Below are positions 50,221 through 60,551 of a stretch of 64,000 bases of DNA, in pieces. Within the stretch, counting starts at the first letter, position 1; each line of letters begins with the position of its first letter. Below the pieces are notes generated by a model that saw only the letters and a list, made by a program, of their open reading frames with translations, searched no databases and had not been told where the DNA came from. The DNA lies in IMG/VR virus record IMGVR_UViG_3300020530_000006, one strand, 5' to 3'. The stretch is from a virus. The position numbers and the translations under genes were made by a program.

Positions 50221-51222
50221 TCAGAGAGAGCCTAGTAGGACACGTCTGTTATCAAGAACAGCAAAGCCCTGTTCTGCCCAGCCATAGAAACCAGCTCTCT
50301 TTTGACGATGTAGAGTATCGTCTTCGAAAATCTGAACTTCTTGACGAACTGGCATTATGAAACTATCTCTCTTGCGCATATCAAGGCCAACAACTAATTC
50401 AACGTCACTAGCGGCTAATGTGCCATTAAGAACATTGGTATAGAATAGTTGATATTCTTGACTTTCGCCAAGTTCATCAAGATCATGAAGATTCACGCCG
50501 AAAACTCTATTAAGTGTGCCATCAGCAGCAACATAGATTTCTCTACGAGTTACTTCATCAACTTGATCAACACCCCAATTACGAATGTCTTCCATAGCTT
50601 CTGGAGAGACATAAAGATCAGTTAACATACCACGATTATTACTGGCACTGTTACCGCCGCCATTTCTACGCATAACAGTCTTCATTAGACTTACTAGGCG
50701 TTTTGTAAATTGACCAGCAGCAGCATCGCTATCGAATACTACGATATTACGATCAACACCAGCAGCGAGAAGTGTATGCCAGCCATCGTCATTCATCTTC
50801 TTGACGAATTGGGCTTCCATAACTTCCATAGCACGACCAACAACGTCCCAGCGAGCATCACGAGCATACTTTAAGAGGTAGTCGATTGAAGCGCCGATGT
50901 CATAGGTTGGAACCATGACATAATCGCCTTCAACGTGACGCTCTGGAATATAACCGTGATTAGGAATTGTGTAAGCCACAAAGTCCTTTTCAGTACCTGG
51001 AGCAAGGAAATCTAGTGGGAATTCTGGAGTAGCACTTTGGGCAAGTGTGATTGGCTCAAAGATGCCGTCTAGAATATCGCCATTTAGAATGCCTTGACGA
51101 AGTGGAAGTTCTAGAGCTTTTGCAAATTCTGCATTAGCACCTAGTGCCTCTTCTTTATTTAATGAGCCAGAACGAACTAGAAGATCGGTAAGTTCTGGTG
51201 TTGGTTCAAAAGCCTTAGTCAT
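50221..51222 (-). CDS. Major capsid protein (HK97 fold)
   Basis: 333 aa after scaffold and decoration genes, followed by a terminator; GFYGWAEQGFAVLD C-terminus. Confidence 0.85.
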   Translation of the reverse strand: MTKAFEPTPELTDLLVRSGSLNKEEALGANAEFAKALELPLRQGILNGDILDGIFEPITLAQSATPEFPLDFLAPGTEKDFVAYTIPNHGYIPERHVEGDYVMVPTYDIGASIDYLLKYARDARWDVVGRAMEVMEAQFVKKMNDDGWHTLLAAGVDRNIVVFDSDAAAGQFTKRLVSLMKTVMRRNGGGNSASNNRGMLTDLYVSPEAMEDIRNWGVDQVDEVTRREIYVAADGTLNRVFGVNLHDLDELGESQEYQLFYTNVLNGTLAASDVELVVGLDMRKRDSFIMPVRQEVQIFEDDTLHRQKRAGFYGWAEQGFAVLDNRRVLLGSL

Positions 51223-51240
51223 ATTTTTTTTCTCCCTTAA

Positions 51241-51696
51241 TTAAGCGATGTTTACGGATACTTTGGCATAACCATCGGTGTCCTTACTACTTAAGAACGA
51301 ACCGATCTGAACAGCATTTGTACTACTTGTACCAATTAGACCACTAGCACCAACATATGCTGGAGTACCCGCTGTTGGAGTAATGCCAGATACGAGACGG
51401 TTTGTTGTTACCTGACCATTGCGTAATAGTGTTACTTTACCACCAACTTGCACTTCATCTTTGTGCCAGTTAATGTGTTGTCTTGTAAGATCAAGATTAA
51501 CAACATCATTTAGTAAAACGCCTAATGGTTTAGCGCCAGAAGCAGCAGCAGCATAAGCTACTACAGCACTAGCGTCGTCCATTGAAACGCCTGAACCACT
51601 TGTTACTGCACTAACAACACCGCCTCTTTCAGCAGTTGTTGTCATGAAGAAAGAGATATCAGTTAAAAGTTCGATACGATCTGATTTAAGAGCCAT
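51241..51696 (-). CDS. Capsid decoration/cement protein
   Basis: Small Ala/Gly-rich beta protein between scaffold and capsid; PLGVLLNDV. Confidence 0.7.
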   Translation of the reverse strand: MALKSDRIELLTDISFFMTTTAERGGVVSAVTSGSGVSMDDASAVVAYAAAASGAKPLGVLLNDVVNLDLTRQHINWHKDEVQVGGKVTLLRNGQVTTNRLVSGITPTAGTPAYVGASGLIGTSSTNAVQIGSFLSSKDTDGYAKVSVNIA

Positions 51697-51700
51697 ATTA

Positions 51701-53188
51701 TTATTCTCCCTTATTAAGTTTTTTACCTAGTCTAGCGCATACAAAATCAACTAATGCAGCACGGGTGGTGTTAACACTTTCTTGGGTGTCGCTACCAGCA
51801 CTGAGATCAAGATCATCATTTGGTTCTACGTTATCAAGAATTTCCTCAACTTCTGTTTCAGAAGCTTTTGGTTTTTTGACTTCTGGCATTTTAACCTTTT
51901 TAGCCGCATTACTGACTAGTTCTACCATAGCATCAAAAGCAACGTCTTCTAAGGATTCAAATTGATCAACGGCTGACGAAGCAACTTCTTGATCTAGACC
52001 TTTTTCGAGTAAAGAAGCCATTCTTTTCATTTTCTTTTCTTTCTTCATCATCTCTTCTTCTTTACCCTTGTAAGCAGCAATCGCCTCTAGAGCAGAATCG
52101 AGTTCCGATTTGGCCTTCTTCATTTCTTCTTCTTTTTTCATCATTTCTTCTTCGCTCATCTTTTTAGCGGCTTCTGTTTGAGCAACTAATTCGTCGATTG
52201 AAGATTTTGTATTTACTAACTCAGTGGACTTGGTTTCAAGTTCTGATTGTAAAGAAGCTACTGTTTCTTTTAGCTCAATAATTTGAGCATAAGCTTCCTT
52301 GGTAGCTGAGGCGCAGTCTGTCATGGCCTCTACCTTTTCTTTTAATTCTGCTACTTCTTTTTCTAAACTCATATTATTAGCCTCCATAGGATTTGTACTC
52401 TTTTCTGATACACCCGAAAAACTTTTTTCGCTATTTTTTGTTGTTGATAAACTGGTAAAATTTTCCTTGTTAAATATTATACTATCCGGATTGGCTGGTT
52501 TGTCAACATAGCCTTTACCAGAAAAAGTAATATTTCTCAATACTCTACCTATATTATGGTTTTCATATTTACCACTTCCACCATATGCTCTAAGATGTTT
52601 TGTTAAAAATGATGTCTCATCAGATCTAGATAATATCTTATATTCTCCAGTAGCCTCATTAATTAATCCATAATCAAAACCCTTAAACATACATTCCATA
52701 CTAACATATTTTGTTCCGTTTTCAATTTCAGCTATTAATTTAGCTGTTCTATTTTTTAATTCTGGATTTGTATATGCTTTGTAAATTACTGAGCCTGTGA
52801 CAATATGAAATCGATCTGGTAAATTATCCACATCGGTATTATTGTCTATAAGTATTCCGTCATCTGTAATTGACCAATTAGAAACAATATGGCCTATAAT
52901 AGTGTTTTCATCATGTTCTAAATTTGTTGGTTTGTCCTCTGGAGTATCTTTAGCTGCCCAAACTTCTTCTTTGGGAAAAATATCGTCATTTTTATTCCAA
53001 GAAGATGTAACTAAAATAGATTGAACATAATAAAGATCTTCATCATTATAAGAAGCTAATGCTTTAATGTTTTTATTAAATATTTTTTTATTATCTGCTG
53101 GCTCAACTATAGATGCTATACTAATTAGTGGAGTGGCCAAAATTAGGTCTTCTAGATCGTCTTGTTTTTCTTGAGCGTATATAATCAT
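51701..53188 (-). CDS. Prohead protease / scaffold fusion
   Basis: WNKNDD.F, NLEHD, VSMEC, FSGKGYVDKPANP, then a long coiled-coil. Confidence 0.8.
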   Translation of the reverse strand: MIIYAQEKQDDLEDLILATPLISIASIVEPADNKKIFNKNIKALASYNDEDLYYVQSILVTSSWNKNDDIFPKEEVWAAKDTPEDKPTNLEHDENTIIGHIVSNWSITDDGILIDNNTDVDNLPDRFHIVTGSVIYKAYTNPELKNRTAKLIAEIENGTKYVSMECMFKGFDYGLINEATGEYKILSRSDETSFLTKHLRAYGGSGKYENHNIGRVLRNITFSGKGYVDKPANPDSIIFNKENFTSLSTTKNSEKSFSGVSEKSTNPMEANNMSLEKEVAELKEKVEAMTDCASATKEAYAQIIELKETVASLQSELETKSTELVNTKSSIDELVAQTEAAKKMSEEEMMKKEEEMKKAKSELDSALEAIAAYKGKEEEMMKKEKKMKRMASLLEKGLDQEVASSAVDQFESLEDVAFDAMVELVSNAAKKVKMPEVKKPKASETEVEEILDNVEPNDDLDLSAGSDTQESVNTTRAALVDFVCARLGKKLNKGE

Positions 53189-53200
53189 ATTTTTGTCTCT

Positions 53201-55402
53201 TTAGTTGTGTAGATTTTCATACACCATAGAATAGAAATAAGATTTAACCTGTTTTAGTTCGTTAACAGTCAATTCTCTGGCAAAAGACTTTTTAATATTG
53301 GTAAGAAAATAAGAATATTGATCAAAAATTTTATTGACATTATTATTGTTAATAGTCGCAAAACTTTTTTGTATAAAGTCTTGATCTATCTTATCGAAAG
53401 GTGATGCAGAAAAGAGGATTTTAGATCGTGTTTCTTCGGCCTCTAAATATTGAATGCTAGATAAACTTCTCATATTTTTCTTTTTATAAAAATCTAATAG
53501 AATTGGATTTATAATTTCAGAAATGTTATCTTGTGCGCTATCTGCCCATAACTGAAGTGTGGCTCCGGTTTGTGGGGAAAATTTCTTTTCTTTTCTCTTT
53601 GAAGAATCTTTTAAGTTTTTGGGCCTTCCTTGTCCTGGCACTCCTTTTAAAGATTCTGGCGAATCTTTAACGCTAGTTGGTTGGCCAAAGGGAGCGGCTG
53701 GTATTTTCATTTCCAAAACAGTTTTTTCTCCAGATTTTTTCTTTTCCAACTCAAGACCAACTTGACTCGGAGTAGCAAGACCTATTTGCAAAGCAATTTT
53801 TTTCATTGCTTCTTCAAACATAGGATCATACCAAGGACCGGCTTTGGGAACCATCCTATTTGTATCTCTTTCTCTATTTTCTCTATTAAGTCTAATTTTT
53901 TCCATTTCAGAATCAAATCCAAATCTGGATTGAATAAGTTCATCACTAATAATATTACGATCTGCTAATTGAATTAATAGTGCTTTTTCTGCATCTTCGT
54001 TACTTAGATCCATTCTATCAAACTCTAATCTAGCTGAGTATTTAAAACCCATAGCTTTTTGTACTAACTCAAATTCTTTCTCCCAAAAAGAGATCAAAGT
54101 ATCTCTGCCATACTGAAGTCTTTGAGTAAGTGTTTTCAGGCTTATGAAATTATTTGTTGTGCCAGCAGCACCGAATGTTCCTGTTAAGGTTGGAGGAATG
54201 CCAAGACCAGCATAAACACTATTCATATGCGGAATGTATTTATTTTCCCCTAAAAATTGATGTACGTTAGTTTGGGATTCTAAAAGCTCGATATCTGGAC
54301 CCCAAACAAGATCTAAAGTTCCTCCACCAACATTATTTTGTAAAATATTTGATAGTTTACTTGCTGCTGCTTTTGTTGGAGCAATTTTATGTTCGAGATT
54401 ACCAAGTTTAAAAATTCTAATATTTGATATTGCTCCGTCTAGCGCGGCCATATCTGCTAATTTAAGCTTTTCTATAACTGTAATATCATCCATAATGCTA
54501 TAGATCATAGGAAATGCCCAACTCTGCCAATCATCTTTTTTATAATGAAATACAAGAGTTTTTTGTGGGTCTAAAGGATACGGTTTTTTAGTTTTTGCTG
54601 CTTCTACAATTTGTGATGGTAATCCAGCAATTATAGCTTTTTCATTATCTGTTTTTGGTGATGTTATAATTTTTCTTAATCCAACTGGGATAGAAAGCTC
54701 GTATCTTTTTTGACCAACAAAAGATGCTAAAGGACCAGCAGCCACATTAACATAAACTGGATCTATAAAAGTATATCTCCAAGGTATCTCTCTTTTCTCT
54801 ACGTCTACATTGAGAGAGTCTTGTTCTGTAGTATCTGCTGCCGCTGTTGCTCTAAAGAATTCATCAGCAGTTTTTAAACTAATTTTTGCTGTTTGTCTAT
54901 TAATTACTACGTTTGCTACTCTATAAATATTATTTAAGAATCTTTCGCTTCTCTCTTTACCATTAATTTTCTTAAACCATTTTCTATAAAATCTTTCTAT
55001 TCTTTTATTTTTATGAACTGGTTTAATACCCTGAACAGCAAAGTCTGCCATAAGATCAATAACATTCTTTACAAGACCAACCCTTTGATAAACATCATCT
55101 GCTCTACGAATAATCTGTTTTATTTCTGTTGGAACAGCTTCGTCTGGACGAAAATAATCATATCCTCGTCTAGTTAATCCTGGTTTACCGCTTATATCTC
55201 CGGGTAAAAGATTAGAATAATCATTGCTACGATAGTTAAATCCAGCGTTAGCTTTGAAAAGACCGTATTCATCTAAGCATCCTGCTGTTTGTTTGAGAGC
55301 GTCTTGTTTGCTTTTTAAGTCATCCCCCCAAGTAACATATGCTTCAGAATCGGCTAAAACAGCATCTTGAATAGCTTCGCTTTTTGGATATTTTTTGGCC
55401 AT
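53201..55402 (-). CDS. Portal protein
   Basis: Between terminase and protease; 733 aa; AGLGIPPTL motif. Confidence 0.8.
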   Translation of the reverse strand: MAKKYPKSEAIQDAVLADSEAYVTWGDDLKSKQDALKQTAGCLDEYGLFKANAGFNYRSNDYSNLLPGDISGKPGLTRRGYDYFRPDEAVPTEIKQIIRRADDVYQRVGLVKNVIDLMADFAVQGIKPVHKNKRIERFYRKWFKKINGKERSERFLNNIYRVANVVINRQTAKISLKTADEFFRATAAADTTEQDSLNVDVEKREIPWRYTFIDPVYVNVAAGPLASFVGQKRYELSIPVGLRKIITSPKTDNEKAIIAGLPSQIVEAAKTKKPYPLDPQKTLVFHYKKDDWQSWAFPMIYSIMDDITVIEKLKLADMAALDGAISNIRIFKLGNLEHKIAPTKAAASKLSNILQNNVGGGTLDLVWGPDIELLESQTNVHQFLGENKYIPHMNSVYAGLGIPPTLTGTFGAAGTTNNFISLKTLTQRLQYGRDTLISFWEKEFELVQKAMGFKYSARLEFDRMDLSNEDAEKALLIQLADRNIISDELIQSRFGFDSEMEKIRLNRENRERDTNRMVPKAGPWYDPMFEEAMKKIALQIGLATPSQVGLELEKKKSGEKTVLEMKIPAAPFGQPTSVKDSPESLKGVPGQGRPKNLKDSSKRKEKKFSPQTGATLQLWADSAQDNISEIINPILLDFYKKKNMRSLSSIQYLEAEETRSKILFSASPFDKIDQDFIQKSFATINNNNVNKIFDQYSYFLTNIKKSFARELTVNELKQVKSYFYSMVYENLHN

Positions 55403-55441
55403 ATTTTTTCTATTAGTATTGTAATAGGATTATAATTGTAT

Positions 55442-55448
55442 TATACAC
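55442..55448 (-). promoter_or_regulatory. Putative late promoter GTGTATA (portal)
   Basis: Intergenic terL-portal. Confidence 0.6.
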
Positions 55449-55449
55449 A

Positions 55450-57453
55450 CTACTTCCGTATTCCTATATAAATATCCTCATTTGCTGCTTCTGTAAACCA
55501 AGTAGGACCTTTATACATTTGACCATTATTTTTAACTGATTTGGAAGCGTCTGTTCCTATTATATCATAAGTTACTGGTTGTAATGCTCTATTTATTTGT
55601 CTAGCTAACATATTTGCTATTAATAATGCGCTATATCTATCTTTTCGTAGTTTTCCTTTTTTACCATTTGGCATTTTAATATCAGGAGTATCCCATCTAT
55701 CTCTGGCTCCGGATGATCCACTGGTTTGGCTCATTACTATAGTTGTCAGTTCATTTTTTAGTTCTTCTATTTCTAGTACGCATTCACTAGTTGTATCATA
55801 AAGAGGAGTTAGATCTGCTGTTTCTATATTTCTATTTTCTTGATCTAAAGCTAAAACTAAACTTAGTTCGTCAAATCTTGGGAACAATAAAACTTTATCT
55901 TCAAGATCTTTTCTTAAACCATGATTAGATTGTGCTGTCCAGTCTGCCTTGGCAAATTGAACCAATTCTAAAATATGCAAGCCTACTTGATCATCAGTAT
56001 CTTTACTTTTTTCTTCTATAACTGGCCATATTAGATTTTCTCCTTCTTCTAATTTTGCTGGATCATGTAGAGCTTCTTCTATTGCGATACCTCCGCCCTG
56101 AGCATCCATGCCTATGCGTTCGCATGGAAATACTTTCATTAAATTACGTATTTTTCTTGCACAAAACGCATAGAAGTCGTGATCTGATATTAGACCAGCC
56201 TTTTGTCTTTCTTTAAAATTTGTTCTATTTGTTGTCCAACAATAAACTATTCGACTATGAGAAGGATGTAATTCTAAAACAACTATACTAAAATTATCTT
56301 TTTCACTAGCAGGATCCACACCGTAAATATATTTTAATTTTGGATCTCCGACTATCTTAGCATCAAATACGATATTTTCATTGCCAATAATAATTGGACT
56401 ATTATCTTTTGTTACACAACTTTCTATTAACGACCTTCTGAAGAACCCGTCGCTATCTTCTGTAAAACATGCTGCGTATTCCATGTTGTATATGCCAGTA
56501 TGAATGGTAGCTTTTGCTCGCGCTACTTGTTTGTCATCCATAAATCCTTTGGGTATTAATTCATATGGTATTCTAAGAATACTATAGTCTTTCCAGTTAA
56601 AATTATCTGGTACTTCTCCTTTAAAAATTTCTTCTAGTTTATATTTTTCTCCTCTACTTTCTATAATAGATTTATATCGTTTCCAATAACTAGCAAAATG
56701 TTTAAAAGCATAATCAGCGGTTCCAGCAATTAGTGCTTGATTACCCATGCTTTGGCTTAGTGTTTCAAGATCTTCGTTCCATATTCCTGCGTCTTTCATT
56801 GCTTGTTTTTTTGCTTCTTTCTTTACGTTTTGTATTGGTGTGGCACTAACAGCAGCGAAGCCAGAAACAACCGTTTCATAAATATCCGGACTAATAGAAG
56901 CAAATTCGTCCGCGATAATAATGTGAGCGCGCAAACCTCTGATCTTTTCACCTGTTCCTAATGGAATAGCAATGGCCCAACTTGTTCCTAGTCTCATAGT
57001 GCATCTGTCAACATCGCGTCGTGGACCATCTTCATTGCCACTAAAAATACTACGAATAATAGCACTGTTTCTCCATAATGTTTCCATATATTCAAATATA
57101 ACTTTACTCTGTCGGAAAGCGGCGCCCACAATAACAATTTTAGTGCCCGGAACAAATATGCATTTCAAAAAAGCATATAATGCTAAAATAAAAGACTTGC
57201 CGAAACCACGACTAGCAACGAACATGGGAAATGGTCTTGTCCAAAACTCTTGTAATATTGCCACCTGTATAGGATGAAGCTCTATATCAAACAGGAGTTT
57301 ACAGGTTGCTCCAAAGTATTCAGGATCTTTAAGTAGCTTGATTAAATGTCGATCAGGGTTTTCTATATCTTTTTTATTCCGACGAATCATAGGGTTCGTT
57401 GGTATAACGATTTTATCTAGTTCGCCTAATCCCAACCAAGCATCATCATACAT
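55450..57453 (-). CDS. terL: Terminase large subunit
   Basis: Walker A ASRGFGKS, Walker B IIADEF, nuclease GVDPA...DRYSAL. Confidence 0.95.
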   Translation of the reverse strand: MYDDAWLGLGELDKIVIPTNPMIRRNKKDIENPDRHLIKLLKDPEYFGATCKLLFDIELHPIQVAILQEFWTRPFPMFVASRGFGKSFILALYAFLKCIFVPGTKIVIVGAAFRQSKVIFEYMETLWRNSAIIRSIFSGNEDGPRRDVDRCTMRLGTSWAIAIPLGTGEKIRGLRAHIIIADEFASISPDIYETVVSGFAAVSATPIQNVKKEAKKQAMKDAGIWNEDLETLSQSMGNQALIAGTADYAFKHFASYWKRYKSIIESRGEKYKLEEIFKGEVPDNFNWKDYSILRIPYELIPKGFMDDKQVARAKATIHTGIYNMEYAACFTEDSDGFFRRSLIESCVTKDNSPIIIGNENIVFDAKIVGDPKLKYIYGVDPASEKDNFSIVVLELHPSHSRIVYCWTTNRTNFKERQKAGLISDHDFYAFCARKIRNLMKVFPCERIGMDAQGGGIAIEEALHDPAKLEEGENLIWPVIEEKSKDTDDQVGLHILELVQFAKADWTAQSNHGLRKDLEDKVLLFPRFDELSLVLALDQENRNIETADLTPLYDTTSECVLEIEELKNELTTIVMSQTSGSSGARDRWDTPDIKMPNGKKGKLRKDRYSALLIANMLARQINRALQPVTYDIIGTDASKSVKNNGQMYKGPTWFTEAANEDIYIGIRK

Positions 57454-57916
57454 CTTTGATATTTTCTTTCTTGTATATTTTTCTCATTAAAGACAAAGCT
57501 ATTTTTTCAGCATTTGAGCTGTCGCCACAGAAAATAATTTTAATATTGTGTTCAACTTGCAGATCCACAATATGTTTAATAATAAAGGCCGGACTAATTC
57601 TAATTTTGTTCCATAGTCGTTTTGGTATATTGCTTCCAATGGGATAATTCATTACATCTTTCATGTCGAACTCGAAAAGAATAAATGAGTATTTAGTTTT
57701 GCTTAATCTATCAACAACATCAGTAAAACGACTTTCTGTTATATTATTGGCGAATTCTGATATGTTCCTTTTGCGTTCTATAGCGAGAATGCTTTCTAGT
57801 CCTTGTATACTATAGTCTCCAGTATCTAACTTATGGTTAGCAGTAGCGTGATTAGAAAACTCCCAGGGTTTTTGTTCGCGCGTATCTATTATAATAGTAA
57901 ATTCATTATCTATCAT
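57446..57916 (-). CDS. ERCC4-domain nuclease
   Basis: IIIDTREQ...LDTGDY...IERK. Confidence 0.85.
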   Translation of the reverse strand: MIDNEFTIIIDTREQKPWEFSNHATANHKLDTGDYSIQGLESILAIERKRNISEFANNITESRFTDVVDRLSKTKYSFILFEFDMKDVMNYPIGSNIPKRLWNKIRISPAFIIKHIVDLQVEHNIKIIFCGDSSNAEKIALSLMRKIYKKENIKDV

Positions 57917-58179
57917 TTTTTACTCGCTAAAATTTTACTAAATACTGGAGCATATATTTCTTCCTGGTTTTTAATCATATCATGATGAATTTTGCAGAGA
58001 GAAATTCCATTATCTATTACGAATCTTAGAGCGGGGAAATCGGCCCATTTGTAAATATGGTGGGCGTGTAATTTTTTCTTGAAGGTGCAATTTGGCCATT
58101 GGCATTGATAGTGATCTCTTTTGTAAACATTTTTTCGCCACTGTTTATAAACAGGATCGTTGTAGTTTCTATTGTTCAT
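57913..58179 (-). CDS. HNH endonuclease (packaging-associated type)
   Basis: RDHYQCQ..C...HAHHI...NGISLCKIHH. Confidence 0.9.
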   Translation of the reverse strand: MNNRNYNDPVYKQWRKNVYKRDHYQCQWPNCTFKKKLHAHHIYKWADFPALRFVIDNGISLCKIHHDMIKNQEEIYAPVFSKILASKK

Positions 58180-58993
58180 GTTTCATTACTGATTCTGGAG
58201 TTAAAAATGGGGTATCTAATTTGCCGTCTTGATATTGGTGATAACTCATAAGGTTGTCTTTGGCTTTGTTTGTCGCCAAGCGAATAATTTCCATTTCGCG
58301 TCCCTCTTTTTCTCTAACATCTTCGTCTTCTAGCATTCTTATTAAACCAACCCAACTACTTTTACCATCTTCGATTCTTTTGATACGTTGTTCTCGTGTG
58401 GCTTTTAAATCTTTACTAATTTTTTGTTGTTCGCCAAGTAATTTAGTATATTCATTTGTATAATTTGCTATACTATTTCGTGCGAAACTTAATTGGGTTT
58501 CTAAATTTGCTAATCGTGGAACATCTCTTTGATCATCGGGCTTGTCGTATTCTGCATCTACCAGACGTTGTAATTTTTCGGTTTCGCTAATATGACGCTT
58601 ACGCTCTTTCATACTTCTATTGATAAGAATATCTATAGTGATAAATTGTTTGATCTGTAATTCTTCAGCAGGAAGAACGTCCTCTCTGAACTGCTTCAAT
58701 AAATTAATCCAAACATTCTCAAAGTATTCTAGTTCACCACTCTCTTCGTCAAATTGCTTTTTAATTTCGTGCCAGAATGTTTTTCCGTATAGTTTTTGTT
58801 TGAGCAGATCATCTTCTGCTGCTTGGTCTCCTGATAAGAGATTCTTAGTTTCGCTAATATATCTTTTAATGGGGGCAACATTGCGATTTAATTGTTCGGC
58901 AATAGTTTCTACTGTTAAAGTTTGTAGATTATCTCGTATGAATTTTTCTTCTTCGAGACTAAGTTGGCCACGTTTTTTAGGAATCGATGTCAT
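58169..58993 (-). CDS. Candidate terminase small subunit
   Basis: N-terminal HTH (IAEQLNRN) plus coiled-coil, upstream of terL. Confidence 0.45.
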   Translation of the reverse strand: MTSIPKKRGQLSLEEEKFIRDNLQTLTVETIAEQLNRNVAPIKRYISETKNLLSGDQAAEDDLLKQKLYGKTFWHEIKKQFDEESGELEYFENVWINLLKQFREDVLPAEELQIKQFITIDILINRSMKERKRHISETEKLQRLVDAEYDKPDDQRDVPRLANLETQLSFARNSIANYTNEYTKLLGEQQKISKDLKATREQRIKRIEDGKSSWVGLIRMLEDEDVREKEGREMEIIRLATNKAKDNLMSYHQYQDGKLDTPFLTPESVMKHEQ

Positions 58994-59615
58994 GATCTTT
59001 TAATATTTGTTTAATCTCTTTAATAAGTTTATTTATTTCGGTTTTGGGGACTTTGCTGTTTCCTAATAGTTTGAGAAATATGGGGCGATTTTTAACACTA
59101 ATATTTTCATCTATTATTTTGATGATTTCCTTATTGCTAATATTTTTGAGCAGATTGTCATTCGTTATCTCTTTGCTATTTTCACTTATGTTATCTATGG
59201 TCACGGGCTTCATAATATTCTTTTTGCTTTCGTTTCTTTTGGTCCAAGAAGAATATAAAGAACATTCAGCTTTGTCTGTGAATTCGGAACATTGGCTAGA
59301 GCAAGACGAGTCCTTTCCCTTAAAAAAGGGGCAAGTTAAGCAAGGTTTATCGGGCCTTTGATAGTTATCTCTTTTATAATTAAAAAGTCTATTACGAACG
59401 TGGGTCCAAAGGAAATTTTCTAGGGGGCGACTTTTATCGTAATTTTTAAGTCCTTCCAATGCGAATATTGCGGCTTGTTGCTTCATATCTTCGTGACTGT
59501 GATATCCAAACTTAAATTTATAACCAAGTTTTTTACTAATTTTTTCCCAAACAGCAACAAATTCAGCTTCTTTCACTGTTGGGTGAAACTGGCTTTTCTT
59601 GGTTTTCTTTGTCAT
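58977..59615 (-). CDS. Phage sigma-70-family factor (region 2) with Cys-rich insert
   Basis: EDMKQQAAIFALEGLKNYDKSRPLENFLWTHVRNRLFNYKR matches sigma regions 2.2-2.4. Confidence 0.7.
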   Translation of the reverse strand: MTKKTKKSQFHPTVKEAEFVAVWEKISKKLGYKFKFGYHSHEDMKQQAAIFALEGLKNYDKSRPLENFLWTHVRNRLFNYKRDNYQRPDKPCLTCPFFKGKDSSCSSQCSEFTDKAECSLYSSWTKRNESKKNIMKPVTIDNISENSKEITNDNLLKNISNKEIIKIIDENISVKNRPIFLKLLGNSKVPKTEINKLIKEIKQILKDHDIDS

Positions 59616-59736
59616 TTAATATTTCCTTTAGTGGTTTATCTTCGGCGTTAGCGATTTCTTCTTCGGTAACAAGGTTTTCGCTAGCCACAGTTTTTAAAGT
59701 TGATGATATTGTGTGTATGTGTTTAGAATTTTTCAT
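59563..59736 (-). CDS. Small hypothetical protein (57 aa)
   Basis: MKNSKHIHTISS...; AAGGA RBS; below the ORF-track cutoff. Confidence 0.45.
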   Translation of the reverse strand: MKNSKHIHTISSTLKTVASENLVTEEEIANAEDKPLKEILNDKENQEKPVSPNSERS

Positions 59737-59820
59737 TATTTATCCTTGACCAGATTTTTGTTCTATTTATAGTATAATAGATGTTTGATACACAAAAGGC
59801 AAATTTAGCAGGAGAATAAA

Positions 59821-60039
59821 ATGTCAAAAACATACAAAAAGTGGACTAAAGAAGAGATGGATTTTGTGGCCAATAACAGTAAAAACATGAAGGACGAAGA
59901 AATTGCTACCTATTTGAACAAGATTGATGGGTCAAGAGTTATTACTGTGGGCATGGTAAGACGTCAAAGGCGTAAGATGAGTATCTCGAAGCCAAGGGGT
60001 CGTAGGCCATCTGTTGCTAAGATTGAAAACGCAACCTGA
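59821..60039 (+). CDS. Small Myb/HTH-like DNA-binding protein
   Basis: KKWTKEEMDFV...EEIATYL...VRRQRRKM; AGGAG RBS. Confidence 0.7.
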   Translation: MSKTYKKWTKEEMDFVANNSKNMKDEEIATYLNKIDGSRVITVGMVRRQRRKMSISKPRGRRPSVAKIENAT

Positions 60040-60068
60040 ATCTGCGAAATATAACTAGGAATAAATCG

Positions 60069-60096
60069 GGCGATGTTAAGAGCATCGCCTTTTTTA
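60069..60096 (+). terminator. Rho-independent terminator
   Basis: GGCGATG-TTAAGAG-CATCGCC-TTTTTT. Confidence 0.8.
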
Positions 60097-60263
60097 TTTA
60101 ATGTGGGGATTAAGGCTATTAAACTGGCTAATTAGATATGGGTTGCTTACTATGTTTATACCACCGCCGGGTTTTGGGGGTTCAACCCCCCATTGGAGGG
60201 AAAACAGAAAAACCCCCCTATTGGGGAATAGGCTACATACCCCCCAACGGTAGGGTAACCTCG

Positions 60264-60279
60264 AGCAAATCCCATGCCA
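60264..60279 (-). promoter_or_regulatory. Sigma-54 (-24/-12) consensus site
   Basis: TGGCATGGGATTTGCT. Confidence 0.6.
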
Positions 60280-60480
60280 AACCGATAGAGCGACGAAACT
60301 TTCACCAACCCCACCAACGGGGGAGATATTGAATCGGCCAGATTCGATTTTGCCAAGGTGTCCATTGGGCGTAACTCCAATACTGGTAAGGGTTTAGGGA
60401 AAATCTGAAAATCGGATTTGACCGTTTCGCATAAAATGGAACGTCGAAAGAAAGAATCTAAAAACTCACAAGATTCTAAC

Positions 60481-60509
60481 TTGCGACTGCCGAAGATAGA
60501 GAGTAGACT
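60481..60509 (+). promoter_or_regulatory. Sigma-70-type promoter
   Basis: TTGCGA-17-TAGACT after A/T tracts. Confidence 0.55.
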
Positions 60510-60551
60510 TCGGGCATGATGATGGAAACCCAAACCCAAAAGGCTAATAAG

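Noticed and set aside
4201-59615. Many + strand and alternative-frame ORFs in the ORF track (e.g. 44690-45472, 44703-45434, 47940-48965, 20452-20982)
   Set aside because: Shadows of long - strand genes or of repeats; no RBS or protein-like features
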